64,000 nt of DNA from Felis catus (lineage: Eukaryota): NCBI RefSeq assembly GCF_018350175.1, contig NC_058368.1:19036001-19100000 (forward strand), read 5' to 3'. A program made the translations under genes and the position numbers. The notes beneath the pieces are model-generated. The model ran no database searches. It was not told the origin of the DNA and worked only from the letters and a program-made list of their open reading frames with translations. This document shows positions 38,206 to 48,903 of the stretch, piece after piece (positions within the stretch are counted from its first letter, which is position 1; each line of letters begins with the position of its first letter).

Positions 38206-41200
38206 TTTGGGTCATCTCCCTTTTCTTTTTGAGAAGCCTGGCTAGAGGTTTATCAATTTTGTTTTTTTTCAAAAAACCAACTCTTGGTTTCACTGATCTG
38301 CTCTACAGTTTTTTTTAGATTCCATATTGTTTATTTCTGCTCTGATCTTTATTATTTCTCTTCTTCTGCTGGGTTTAGGCTGCCTTTGCTGTTCTGCTTC
38401 TAGTTCCTTTAGGTGTGCTGTTAAGTTTTGTATTTGGGATTTTTCTTGCTTCTTGAGATAGGCCTGGATTGCAATGTATTTTCCTCTCAGGACTGCCTTC
38501 GCTTCATCCCAAAACGTTTGGATTGTTGTATTTTCATTTTCATTTGTTTCCATATATTTTTAAATTTCTTCTCTAATTGCCTGGTTGACCCATTCATTCT
38601 TTAGTAGGGTGTTCTTTAACCTCCATGCTTTTGGAGGTTTTCCAAACTTTTTCCTGTGGTTGATTTCAAGCTTCATAGCATTGTGGTCTGAAAGTGTGCA
38701 TCGTATGATCTCAATTATTTTATACTTATGAAGGGCTGTTTTGTGAGCCAGTATGTGATCTATCTTGGAGAATGTTCCATGTGCACTCAAAAGAAAGTAT
38801 ATTGTGGTGTATTAAAGTATGTTAAGTAAGTGGAGTATTAAAGTCCCCTGCAATTACCACATTCTTATCAATAAGGTTGCTTAGATAAAATCATATATGA
38901 AAATGGAATTATTACAACCAATCCCTCAGAAATACAAGCGATTATCAGAGAATACTATGAAAAATTATATGCCAACAAACTGGACAACCTGGAAGAAATG
39001 GACAAATTCTAAGCACCCACACACTTCCAAAACTCAAACCAGAAGAAATAGAAAACTTGAACAGACCCATAACCAGCAAAGAAATGGAATCAGTTATCAA
39101 ATATCTCCCAACAAATAAGAGTCCAGGACCAGATGGCTTCCCAGGGGAATTCTACCAGACATTTAAAGCAGAGATAATACCTATCCGTCTCAAGCTGCTC
39201 CAAAAAATAAAAAGGGAAGGAAAACTTCTAGACTCATTCTATGAAGCCAGCATTACTTTGATTCCTAAACCAGACAGAGACCCAGCAAAAAAGAGAACTA
39301 CAAGCCAATATCCCTGATGAATATGAATGCAAAAATTCTCAATAAGATACTAGCAAATCAAATTCAACAGCATATAAAAAGAATTATTCACCATGATCAA
39401 GTGGGATTCATTCCTGGGCTTCAGGGCTGGTTCAACATTCACAAATCAATCAGTGTGATACATCACATTAATAAAAGAAGAGATAAGAACCATATGATCC
39501 TGTCAATCGATGCAGAAAAAGCATTTGACAAAATTCAGCATCCTTTTTTAATAAAAACCCTCCAGAAAGTCGGGATAGAAGGAACATACTTAAACATCAT
39601 AAAAGCCATTTATGAAAAGCCCACAGCTAATATCATCCTCAATGGGGAAAAACTGAGAGCTTTCCCCCTGAGATCAGGAACATGACAGGGATGTCCACTC
39701 TCACCGCTGTTGTTTAACATAGTGTTGGAAGTGCTAGCATCAGCAATCAGACAACAAAAGGAAAGCAAAGGCATCAAAATTGGCAAAGATGAAGTCAAGC
39801 TTCCACTTTTTGCAGATAACATGATATTATACACGGAAAACCCGATAGCCTCCACCAAAAGTCTGCTAGAACTGATACATGAATTTAGCAAAGTGGCAGG
39901 ATACAAAATCAATGTACAGAAATCAGTTGCAATCTTATACACTAATAATGAAGCAACACAAAGACAAATAAAGAAACTGATCCCATTCACAATGGCACCA
40001 AGAAGCATAAAATACCTAGGAATAAACCTAACCAAAGAGGTAAAAGATCTGTATGCTAAAAACTATAGAAAGCTTATGAAGGAAATTAAAGAAGATATAA
40101 AGAAATGGAAAAACATTCCATGCTCATGGATTGGAAGAATAAATATTGTTAAAAAGTCAATACTACCCAAAGCAATCTATTCATTCATCGCAATCCCAAT
40201 CAAAATTGCACCAGCATTCCTCTCAAAGCTAGAACAAACAATCCTAAAATTTGTATGGGACCACAAAAGACCCCGAATAGCCAAAGTAATTTTGAAGAAG
40301 ATGACCAAAGCGGGAGGCATCATAATCCCAGACTTTAGCCTCTACTACAAAGCTGTAATCATCAAGACAGCATGGTACTGGCACAAAAACAGACACATAG
40401 ACCAATGGAATAGAATAGAAACCCCAGAACTAGACCCACAAAAGTATGGCCAACTAATCTTTGACAAAGCAGGAAAGAATATCCAGTGGAAAAAAGACAG
40501 TCTCTTTAACAAATGGTGCTGGGAGAACTGGGCAGCAACATGCAGAAGAATGAAACTAGACCACTTTCTTACACCATTCACAAAAACAAACTCAAAATGG
40601 ATAAAGGACCTGAATGTGAGACAGGAAACCATCAAAACCCTAGAGGAGAAAGCAGGAAAAAACCTCACGGACCTCAGCCACAGCAATTTCTTACTTCACA
40701 TCCCCAAAGGCAAGAGAATTAAAAGCAAAAATGAGCTATTGGGACCTCATGAAGATAAAAAGCTTCTGCACAGCTAAGGAAACAATCAACAAAACTAAAA
40801 GGCAAATGATGGAATGGGAAAAGATATTTGCAAATGACATATCAAAGGGCTAGTATCCAAAATCTATAAAGAGCTCACCAAACTCCACACCTGAAAAACA
40901 AATAGCCCAGTGAAGAAATGGGCAGAAAACATGAATAGACACTTCTCTAAAGAAGACATCCAGATGGCCAACAGGCACATGAAAAGATGCTCAACGTCGC
41001 TCCTCATCAGGGAAATACAGATCAAAACCACACTCAGATATCACCTCACACCAGTAAGAGTGGCTAAAATGAACAAAACAGGAGACTATAGATGCTGGAG
41101 GGGATGTGGAGAAACAGGAACCCTCTTGCACTGTTGGTGGGAATGCAAACTGGTACAGCCGCTCTGGAAAACAGTGTGGAGGTTCCTCAAAAAATTAAAA

Positions 41201-41762
41201 ATAGATCTACCCTATGAAGCAGCAATAGCACTGCTAGGAAGTTACCCAAGGGATACAGGAGTGCTGATGCATAGGGGCACTTGTACCCCAATGTTTAGAG
41301 CAGCACTCTCAACAATAGCCAAATTATGGAGAGAGCCTAAATGTCCATCAACTGACGAATGGATAAAGAAATTGTGGTTTATATACACAATGGAATACTA
41401 CGTGGCAATGAGAAAGAAGGAAATCTGGCCTTTTGTAGCAACGTGGATGGAACTGGAGAGTGTTATGCTAAGTTAAATAAGTCATACAGAGAAAGACAGA
41501 TACCATATGTTTTCACTCTTATGTGGAGCCTGAGAAACTTAACAGAAGACCATGGGGGAGGGGAAGGAGAAAAAAAAAAGGTTAGAGAGGGAGGGAGCCA
41601 AACCATAAGAGACTCTTAAAAACTGAGAACAAACTGAGGGTTGGATGGGGGGTGGGAGGGCGGGGAGGGTGGGTGATGGGTATTGAGGAGGGCACCTGTC
41701 GGGATGAGCACTGGGTGTTGTATGGAAACCAATTTGACAATAAATTTCATATTAAAAAAAAT
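38206..41762 (+). mobile_element. Young feline LINE-1, 5'-truncated with 5' inversion (38206-38881 on -, 38882-41762 on +)
   Basis: ORF2 RT and C-terminal ORFs (39057-41476, broken by frameshifts/stops; FADD reads FADN); endonuclease-region ORFs on -; 12-bp TSD aaggaaaatcaa (38194-38205, 41763-41774). Confidence 0.95.
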
Positions 41763-42100
41763 AAGGAAAATCAAAGGCTAGTGACTTAAAATAATCTTCA
41801 AGGGTCTGGAATCTTAGAAATCAGACCTTCCTACTTTGGGAAGGGAATCAACTCTTGAACTCTGTGAGCAATGACCAATATAAAATGGACCATGGATGCC
41901 CTGGGAGAACTTTGTGTTTGCAGAGCACCAGGAGGGCCCCAGCTGTGGCTCTCGGGCCCTGGGAGGGATCAAGGCCTATCACAGGCACCAGAGTCAGGCT
42001 GCCTGATCACCAGAGGAAAAGAATCTAAAATGAAACCAAATAATAGCTGCCAATCTTAACCAACTTCCCGAAGAATCCCCTTGTGAAAAACACAACTTAC

Positions 42101-42181
42101 CTGAGAAGGAGTCTCCACTCCCTGATATTTAGTGCTGGTGCTTTTATCTGTTCGCCGTTCTCCAAAATAATAAAGGCTGTC
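42101..42181 (-). CDS. TPTE2: TPTE2 coding exon, 81 nt (phosphatase domain, TI/gating loop)
   Basis: ttctgtag|GAC AGC...TCT CAG|gtaagt; [34 protein letters not shown] is the VSP form of PTEN GVTIPSQ. Confidence 0.95.
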
Positions 42182-42345
42182 CTACAGAAAAGGGGGCCAC
42201 ACAATCAAGGTTCGCCTGCATGTTCTTTTCCTTGTAAGGCATCCTTAAAAGTTCTGAGGGCACATTATTTCCTTAAGTCAGCAGCCTCTGAGCAGAGGCT
42301 GCCCCAAATAAAGTTAACAACAACAAAAAGCCACATGCAGGCTTG

Positions 42346-42347
<2 letters not shown>

Positions 42348-42399
<52 letters not shown>

Positions 42400-42400
42400 A
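42348..42400. repeat. (CA)n microsatellite
   Basis: About 22 perfect units then imperfect; ~170 nt from a TPTE2 exon. Confidence 0.95.
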
Positions 42401-42595
42401 CGACTGAAACCAAAGTTTCACAAAACAATAGTTACCTGTTGCTATTTTCTATCCTAATCGATTCCATTTTGTCATTAAAAATGCCAGTCACGACCCAATG
42501 CAGTTGAGTTTACAGCTCACGGATCGATTGGATCCAGTTTGAAAAACACTGTCCAATACCCAATTTCCTAACCTGTGTGTCTCAAATTAGGAACA

Positions 42596-42624
42596 AAGCA
42601 GAAGGTGGCGCTAGAGGGCGGGCC
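42596..42624 (+). promoter_or_regulatory. Two overlapping CTCF-like motifs
   Basis: GCAGAAGGTGGCGCTA and GCGCTAGAGGGCGG, each resembling CCASYAGRKGGCRS, in unique sequence. Confidence 0.45.
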
Positions 42625-42896
42625 ACATGGACAATGTGAAGGCCCCTTCTCAGACTGTGGGCCAAGTGGGGAGCAGAACTGCTGGGTGCCCCTGTTCAGT
42701 GGGAGCTTCTCAGCAGGATCATGGTGGAACTAACACTGAGAACCCCACTTGAAGAAACAGAAATAGCCCACCCTCTCTTCGCAGAAATTTCCAGAGGGCA
42801 TAGACCCCACAGAGAGTGATTATGAGAAGTTAATAACACACAAGAGAGACTTTGTTCTGCATGGCAAAATGTACCTTTTATCTACCTAGAACCTCT

Positions 42897-43795
42897 TTAT
42901 TTTTCTTAAGTTTATTTATTTATTTTTTGAGAGCGAGAGAGAATGTGTGTGTGAGCAGGGGAGGAGCAGAGAGAGAGGGAGAGGGAGAATCCTAAGCAGG
43001 CTCCACACCGTCAGCATGGAGTCTGATATGGGACTCGAACTCACAAACGGTGAGATCATGACCTGAGCTGACACCAAGAGTCGGGCACTTAACCAACTGA
43101 GCCACCCAGGCACTCCTATTTACTACTTCTAAGGATGTCTGAAGTCCTTTAGAGAACTTATCAAACCAGTCTTGATATTATTCTTGTGAGGAAGGAGGAA
43201 GTCCCCTAACTGGGGGCATAAGAGCGGGGCTGGGATGAGGTGAAGTGAAGGAAGCATTACAATTGTAGAGTTGTTTTTTTTTTTTTTTTTTGCACTTGGA
43301 CTGCTTGACCCTACCTCATCTTAATTCTGTCCCTCTTTGTCCCTGTCTTTATTTACATATTTTATTAGTTTTTAAAAATTTATTTATTTATTTTCAGAGA
43401 GACAGCGAGAGCAAGTGCAAGCAGGAAGGGGCGGAGAGAGGGGGGAGAGAGAATCCCAAGCAAGGTTCGTGCTGTCAGCACAGAGCCCGACTTGGGGCGC
43501 AACCCCACAAACCGTGAGATCGTGCCTGACCTGAGCCGAAATCAAGAGTCGAACACTTAACCAAAGGAGCCACCCAGGTGCGCCTGAGCCGTCTTTATTT
43601 AAAATGTTAGAATTATTGGCATGCCTGGGTGGCTCAGTAGGTTGAGTGTCTGACTCTTGGCTTCAGCTCAAGTCATGATCTCAAGGTCACAGCATTGAGC
43701 CTCACGTGGAGCCTGCTTGAGATTCTTTCCCTCTGCCCCCCTCCCCTGCTCTCTCACTCGCTCTCTAAAATAAAAAATATTTAAATAAAATAAAA
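42897..43795. mobile_element. Three Can-SINEs (42897-43115 -, 43369-43584 -, 43618-43795 +)
   Basis: SINE heads and tails; the last two are head-to-head. Confidence 0.88.
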
Positions 43796-44163
43796 TGTTG
43801 GGTATTATTGTATATACCATGGATTTTTTTTGCATTCATTTTGATCGTTAAAAATAATGCATTAGATTATTTATCTTAGTGACTGAAAATTTTGGCATTC
43901 CCTTAAATTTTGTGCCTGAAGTGAGTGTTTCACTGACCTCACTCTAGTCCTGGCCCAGAGTTAAGAAGCACCTAGGTCAGTTGCTAACCAGTGCAAGTTA
44001 AACAAGGAAGTATCAAAACCAGGCTTTCTAATAACTGCTTCCCCAATTACAACTTTGTTAAGCGCCACAACTCAAAGAATCATCTTAACGTCCTACCAGT
44101 GAGGTTTCAGAACTATCGAACTCAATCAGCATAAGACAGAGCCTGCGGTCACATCTTTCCTAC

Positions 44164-44225
44164 CTCTGCAGTTGTAAATATTTCACTGGCAATAAGGCAG
44201 GCACAAGCCATCGTTCCAGTTCTTC
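44164..44225 (-). CDS. TPTE2: TPTE2 coding exon, 62 nt (second half of the CX5R P-loop)
   Basis: tcttttccag|GA AGA ACT GGA...GCA GAG|gtagga; (G)RTGTMACACLIASEIFTTAE. Confidence 0.93.
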
Positions 44226-44671
44226 CTGGAAAAGAAAAGAAGTCCATGAACCATTGTTCGTGGCAGTACTTGGTATAAAAATGCTGTCATGAATATTCAG
44301 AGAGCTCAGTTTGGATTGATTTTCTTTCGCTCTGAAAGTGCTTGTTGAAAATGTTTCAATTCAGGAATAGGCAAAGCTGTTTCGTGGGTCTGGAGCTGTC
44401 CCTGGAATTCTGTCCTGTGCGCAGGGACACACATGTGCACTCGTGTACGGTTCTTGAGTCGCTACGGCTGGGGATCACAGCTGCAGGCAGAGGCAGTGAG
44501 GTCTATTCTGGGACTCGGAAGCTAAAGAGCTACTTACCAATTAAGAGCTAATTATACACTCTGTTTTTCTAACTAACCTAAGTGAAAGTACCTATAGAAG
44601 ATAAAACGTCATCAGAACCCAAAACATGACGAAGCATTTACAACATCCATTTTTCCTTCTATTTTTGAGCT

Positions 44672-46715
44672 GTTTTTTTTTTAATGTTTATTTATTTTGA
44701 GAGAAAGAGAGAGAGCGAGCATGAGCAGGGAAGGGGGAGGGGCAGAGAGAGAGGGAGACACAGAATCCAAAGCAGACTCTGGGCTCTGAGCTGTCAGCAC
44801 AGCTCATGAACCACAAGATCATGAACTGAACTGAAGTCAGACGCTCAACCAACTGAGCCACCCAGGCACCCCTATTTTTAAGTGTGCTACCAAACATGTA
44901 AGAAAGTAAAGAGAATAGTATAATGAACCCCCATGTATCTGTTCCCCAGAGTGTATCATATTGTGTACTTTTCTCTCTCCTCTTCCCTCTCCCCATTTTT
45001 CTTCCTTTTTTCTATAGCATTTTATTTTTAATTTTTTTTTTTATCGTTCATTCACTTTTGAGACAGAGAGAGACAGAGCATGAACGGGGTAGGGGCAGAG
45101 AGAGAGGGAGACACAGAATTGGAAGCAGGCTCCAGGCTCTGAGCCATCAGCCTAGAGCCTGACGCGGGGCTCGAACTCACGGACTGCGAGATCGTGACCT
45201 GAGCCGAAGTCGGATGCTCAACCGACCTCGCCACCCAGGCGCCCCTATAGCATTTTATTTTTTAAAAAATTTTTAAATGTTTATTCATTTTTGACAGAGA
45301 GAGAGAGAGCGAGAGAGGCAGACAGAGAATTGGAAGCAGGCTCCAGGCTCTGAGCTGTCAGCACAGAGCCCGATGTGGGGCTTGAACTCACCGCAAGATC
45401 ATGACCTGAGCGGAAGTCAGATGCTTAGTGGCCTGAGTCACCCAGGCTCCCCTCTTCTATAGCATTTTAAAGCAAACCCTTGACTTCAGTCATTTCATCC
45501 TCAAAGTTTCTTGTTTTATTCTAATTTATATTTTTGTCCCGCTATACAAAATTTGTTTTAAAAAATATGTTGCTTCTTTTATTTCCACAGTTACTTCTAG
45601 CTTTTGTCTTAGCCAGTGCGTGCTGAACTTACACTTACTTTATGTAATTTCAAACTTACCTTTTTAACTTGAGATACATTCTATTTTCTATTCGATTCTT
45701 TTTTTTTAATGATCCAAACTTATTTTGCAACTCATAGTTTGAAAAACATTCTAAGCCAAGTACTTCTAAAAAAAAGACTATCATTTTTTTAAAAGTTTAG
45801 AGACAGAGTGCAAGTTGGGGAGGAGGCAGAGGGAGGGAAAGAGAGAGAGAGAGAGAGAGAGAATCTTAAGTAGGCTGCATGCTGCATATGGGGATCCCAC
45901 AACCCTGGGATCACTACCTGAACTGAAATCAAGAGTCAGACGCTCAGCCAACTGGGTCATCCAGGCTCCCCCCACAAAAAAGACTTGGTACCACCCAATG
46001 CTATGATACATAAAGGCTTCTTGCTAAAGGAAATCCTGACTATTAACACCCCAGCTCTCAGTGGTATAGACTGTTAACATTTCAATTCTGGAGGACATCT
46101 CTGGATGTCTATACTGGTATCTTCCCATCTGAAAAATATTTTTGCAGATTTCATGCCCTTGTGGTTGTGTACAACCAAAGACACAGTAGATGCCCTCTCA
46201 TCCAGTCAAGTCAGGTAGAGCAGGGAATCATGAAAATGATTGTATGAAAAGTATTACCTTTAATACTTAATTTTAACTTCAAACATAAATATACACTTAT
46301 TCACTAACCTTCCGATTCCGGACAGAGGTTTCAACTTTTTAAATATGTGTCTCCCCAGTTGGAATTCTTTCTTGGAAAGGCCAGGCCTGTGGTAGAAACC
46401 ACTGCATCATCTATAATTTCTAGTTTCAGATTCTTTAAAGCAATCTAGGTAGAGAAGCCTCTTAGATTTTACTGCTGGGGTTTTTCCTCCCCATGTTTCA
46501 TATGAGTTTCACTTGCACTTTTTTAAGCTTATTTATTTATTTTGAGAGAGAGGGAGGGGCAGGGGAGGAGCAGAGAGGGAGAGAGCGAATCCCAAGCAGG
46601 CTCCACACTGTCAGCACAGAGCCTGATGCAGGGCTCGATCCCACAACCATGAGACCATGGCCTGGGCTGAAACCAAGGATCAGATGCTTAACAGACTGAG
46701 CCACTCAGGTGCCCC
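44672..46715 (-). mobile_element. Cluster of five Can-SINEs (44672-44872, 45021-45245, 45252-45452, 45784-45972, 46519-46715)
   Basis: All on -; the flank ctatagcatttta occurs three times around the tandem pair. Confidence 0.88.
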
Positions 46716-47395
46716 TAGTCTTACTTGCATTTAATTCCGCTGCAATTTTTATTGTAGCCGCTCAACTTCATTGAACCTTCTTGAAACTTTCAACTAAGGG
46801 CTCATAAAATTATAGCTTTCTGTTCACTCTGCCATTTTACAGATCTATGTAACATTTAATTCTTTGGCAGAAGCATAATAACAAGTAGAAGTGACAGACA
46901 CTGGTGGAAGAAGAAACACACAGGCACGCTAAATTGAAGCTTACTAGTTGCAAGTTTTCAAGATGCCAGGGAACACCACAGGTGTGTTTATAAAGGGAAT
47001 GGAGAATATTCACCAAGTTGGTTAGAGGGAGTCTGCGAGAGAGCCTTTGTTATCCTGAAGTCGGCAGAAGCATCTTGCATCTCTAAATGCAATACAGTAC
47101 TGGCTTTCATAATGATGACTAACACTTGGGTAATACTTTACAGATCTCATATAATCTTTACAACAATTTTGTGAGGTAAATACCCTGCATAAGGAGGGAG
47201 AAACTGAGGTTCTACACATTGAAGCAACTTTCACATGGTCAAAGACATCTTAATACCAGTTTATATGATCTCTTACAACAGTCCTTAAACTTTATTCTTT
47301 CTCAGCTGCATCCATTACCCTCCCTACAATGTACAATTTATACTCTATATTCTGGAATTTGTAAGCAGAGACTGAGGCAATGTTCCTGACCCCAG

Positions 47396-47440
47396 CTGTG
47401 TGTGCGTGCGTGTGTGTGTGTGTGTGCGCGCGCGCGTGTG
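47396..47440. repeat. (TG)n/(CG)n alternating purine-pyrimidine tract
   Basis: tgtgtgtgcgtgcgtgtg...gcgcgcgcgcgtgtg. Confidence 0.9.
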
Positions 47441-47494
47441 TCCCTTAGAGCTGCTTAAAGCACCTAACATGTAGCTAAAAGAGGAGAGTTCCAG

Positions 47495-47722
47495 GTGCGC
47501 CTGGGTGGCGCAGTCGGTTAAGCGTCCGACTTCAGCCAGGTCACGATCTCGCGGTCCGTGAGTTCGAGCCCCGCGTCAGGCTCTGGGCTGATGGCTCGGA
47601 GCCTGGAGCCTGTTTCCGATTCTGTGTCTCCCTCTCTCTCTGCCCCTCCCCCGTTCATGCTCTGTCTCTCTCTGTCCCAAAAATAAATAAACGTTGAAAA
47701 AAAAATTAAAAAAAAAATAAAT
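47495..47722 (+). mobile_element. Very young feline Can-SINE at the L1 5' junction
   Basis: Perfect TSD aaaagaggagagttccag (47477-47494, 47723-47740). Confidence 0.95.
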
Positions 47723-48032
47723 AAAAGAGGAGAGTTCCAGTCCAAGATGGCGTCATAGGAAGATCCTGAACTCACCTCGTATCTGGACACAACAAATCTG
47801 CACCTATTTAAGCACAGTTCCACCTGCAGAAGAACCAAGGGCTGAATGAACAGCTCCCGCTGCTCACAAGATAGAGAGACCACACAGAGAACAGCAAGAG
47901 AGAGGGAGACGTGGGAATGAAGGGACTCCCCACGCCCAACACTGCAAACTGTGGTGGGGAGGGACGGTACTGAGGGACCGAGCAGATTCATCTGCCCCAG
48001 GGTAGAGAAAAAGTCTAAAAGAGAAACCAGTA

Positions 48033-48626
48033 GGGCATCTGGGTGGCAGTTGACAGTCTGACTCTCGTTTTCAGCTCAGATCATGCATCCCAGCGTCATA
48101 GGATCCAGCCCTGTATTGGGCTCTATGCTGAGCATGGAGCCTACTTGAGATTCTGTCTGTCTGTCTGTGTGTCTCTCTCTCCCTCCCTCCCTCTGCCCTA
48201 CTCTCTCTCTTCCTCTGCCCTACTCTCTCTCTTTCTCCCTCTGCCCTACTCACTCACTTTCTCTCTCTCCTTCCCTCTCTCCCTCCACCCTACTCTTTCT
48301 CTCTCTCTCCACCCTACTCTCTCTCTCTCCCTCCACCCTACTCTCTCTCTCTCCCTCTGCCCTACTCTCTCTCTTCCTCTGCCCTACTCTTTCTCCCTCT
48401 GCCCTACTCACTCACTTTCTCTCTCTCCCTCCCTCTCTCCCTCCACCCTACTCTCCCTCTCTCCCTCCACCCTACTCTTTCTCTCTCCCTCCACCCTACT
48501 CTCTCTCTCTCCCTCTGCCCTACTCTTTCTCCCTCTGCCCTACTCACTCACTCTCTCTCTCTCTCCCTCCCTCTCTCCCTCCACCCTACTCTCTCTCCTT
48601 CTGCCCTACTCTCTCTCTCTCCCTGC

Positions 48627-48669
<43 letters not shown>

Positions 48670-48866
48670 GTGCGCGCGCTCTCGCTCTCGCTCTCACTCT
48701 CTCTCTCCCCCCCTCTGCCCTACTCTTTCTCCCTCTGCCCTACTCACTCACTTTCTCTCTCTCTCTCCCTCCCTCTCTCCCTCCACCCTACTCTCTCTCT
48801 CCCTCTGCCCTACTCTTTCTCCCTCTGCCCTACTCTCTCTCTCTCTCTCTCTCTCTCTCAAAAAAA

Positions 48867-48868
<2 letters not shown>
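48033..48868 (+). mobile_element. Can-SINE whose CT region has expanded into a ~700-bp minisatellite
   Basis: SINE head at 48033; repeated CTCCCTC(TG/CA)CCCTACTCT units at ~48170-48860; A-tail. Confidence 0.88.

Positions 48869-48903
<35 letters not shown>

Noticed and set aside
39710..40777. 355-aa ORF as a host gene or active reverse transcriptase
   Set aside because: It is a fragment of L1 ORF2 in a truncated element; the catalytic FADD reads FADN, with an upstream stop at ~39683 and frameshifts.
41646..41680. G-quadruplex-forming G-tracts
   Set aside because: Standard feature of L1 3' UTRs, not locus-specific.
48170..48860. Regularly spaced repeats as a CRISPR-like array
   Set aside because: No unique spacers and no cas genes; mammalian SINE-derived simple repeat.
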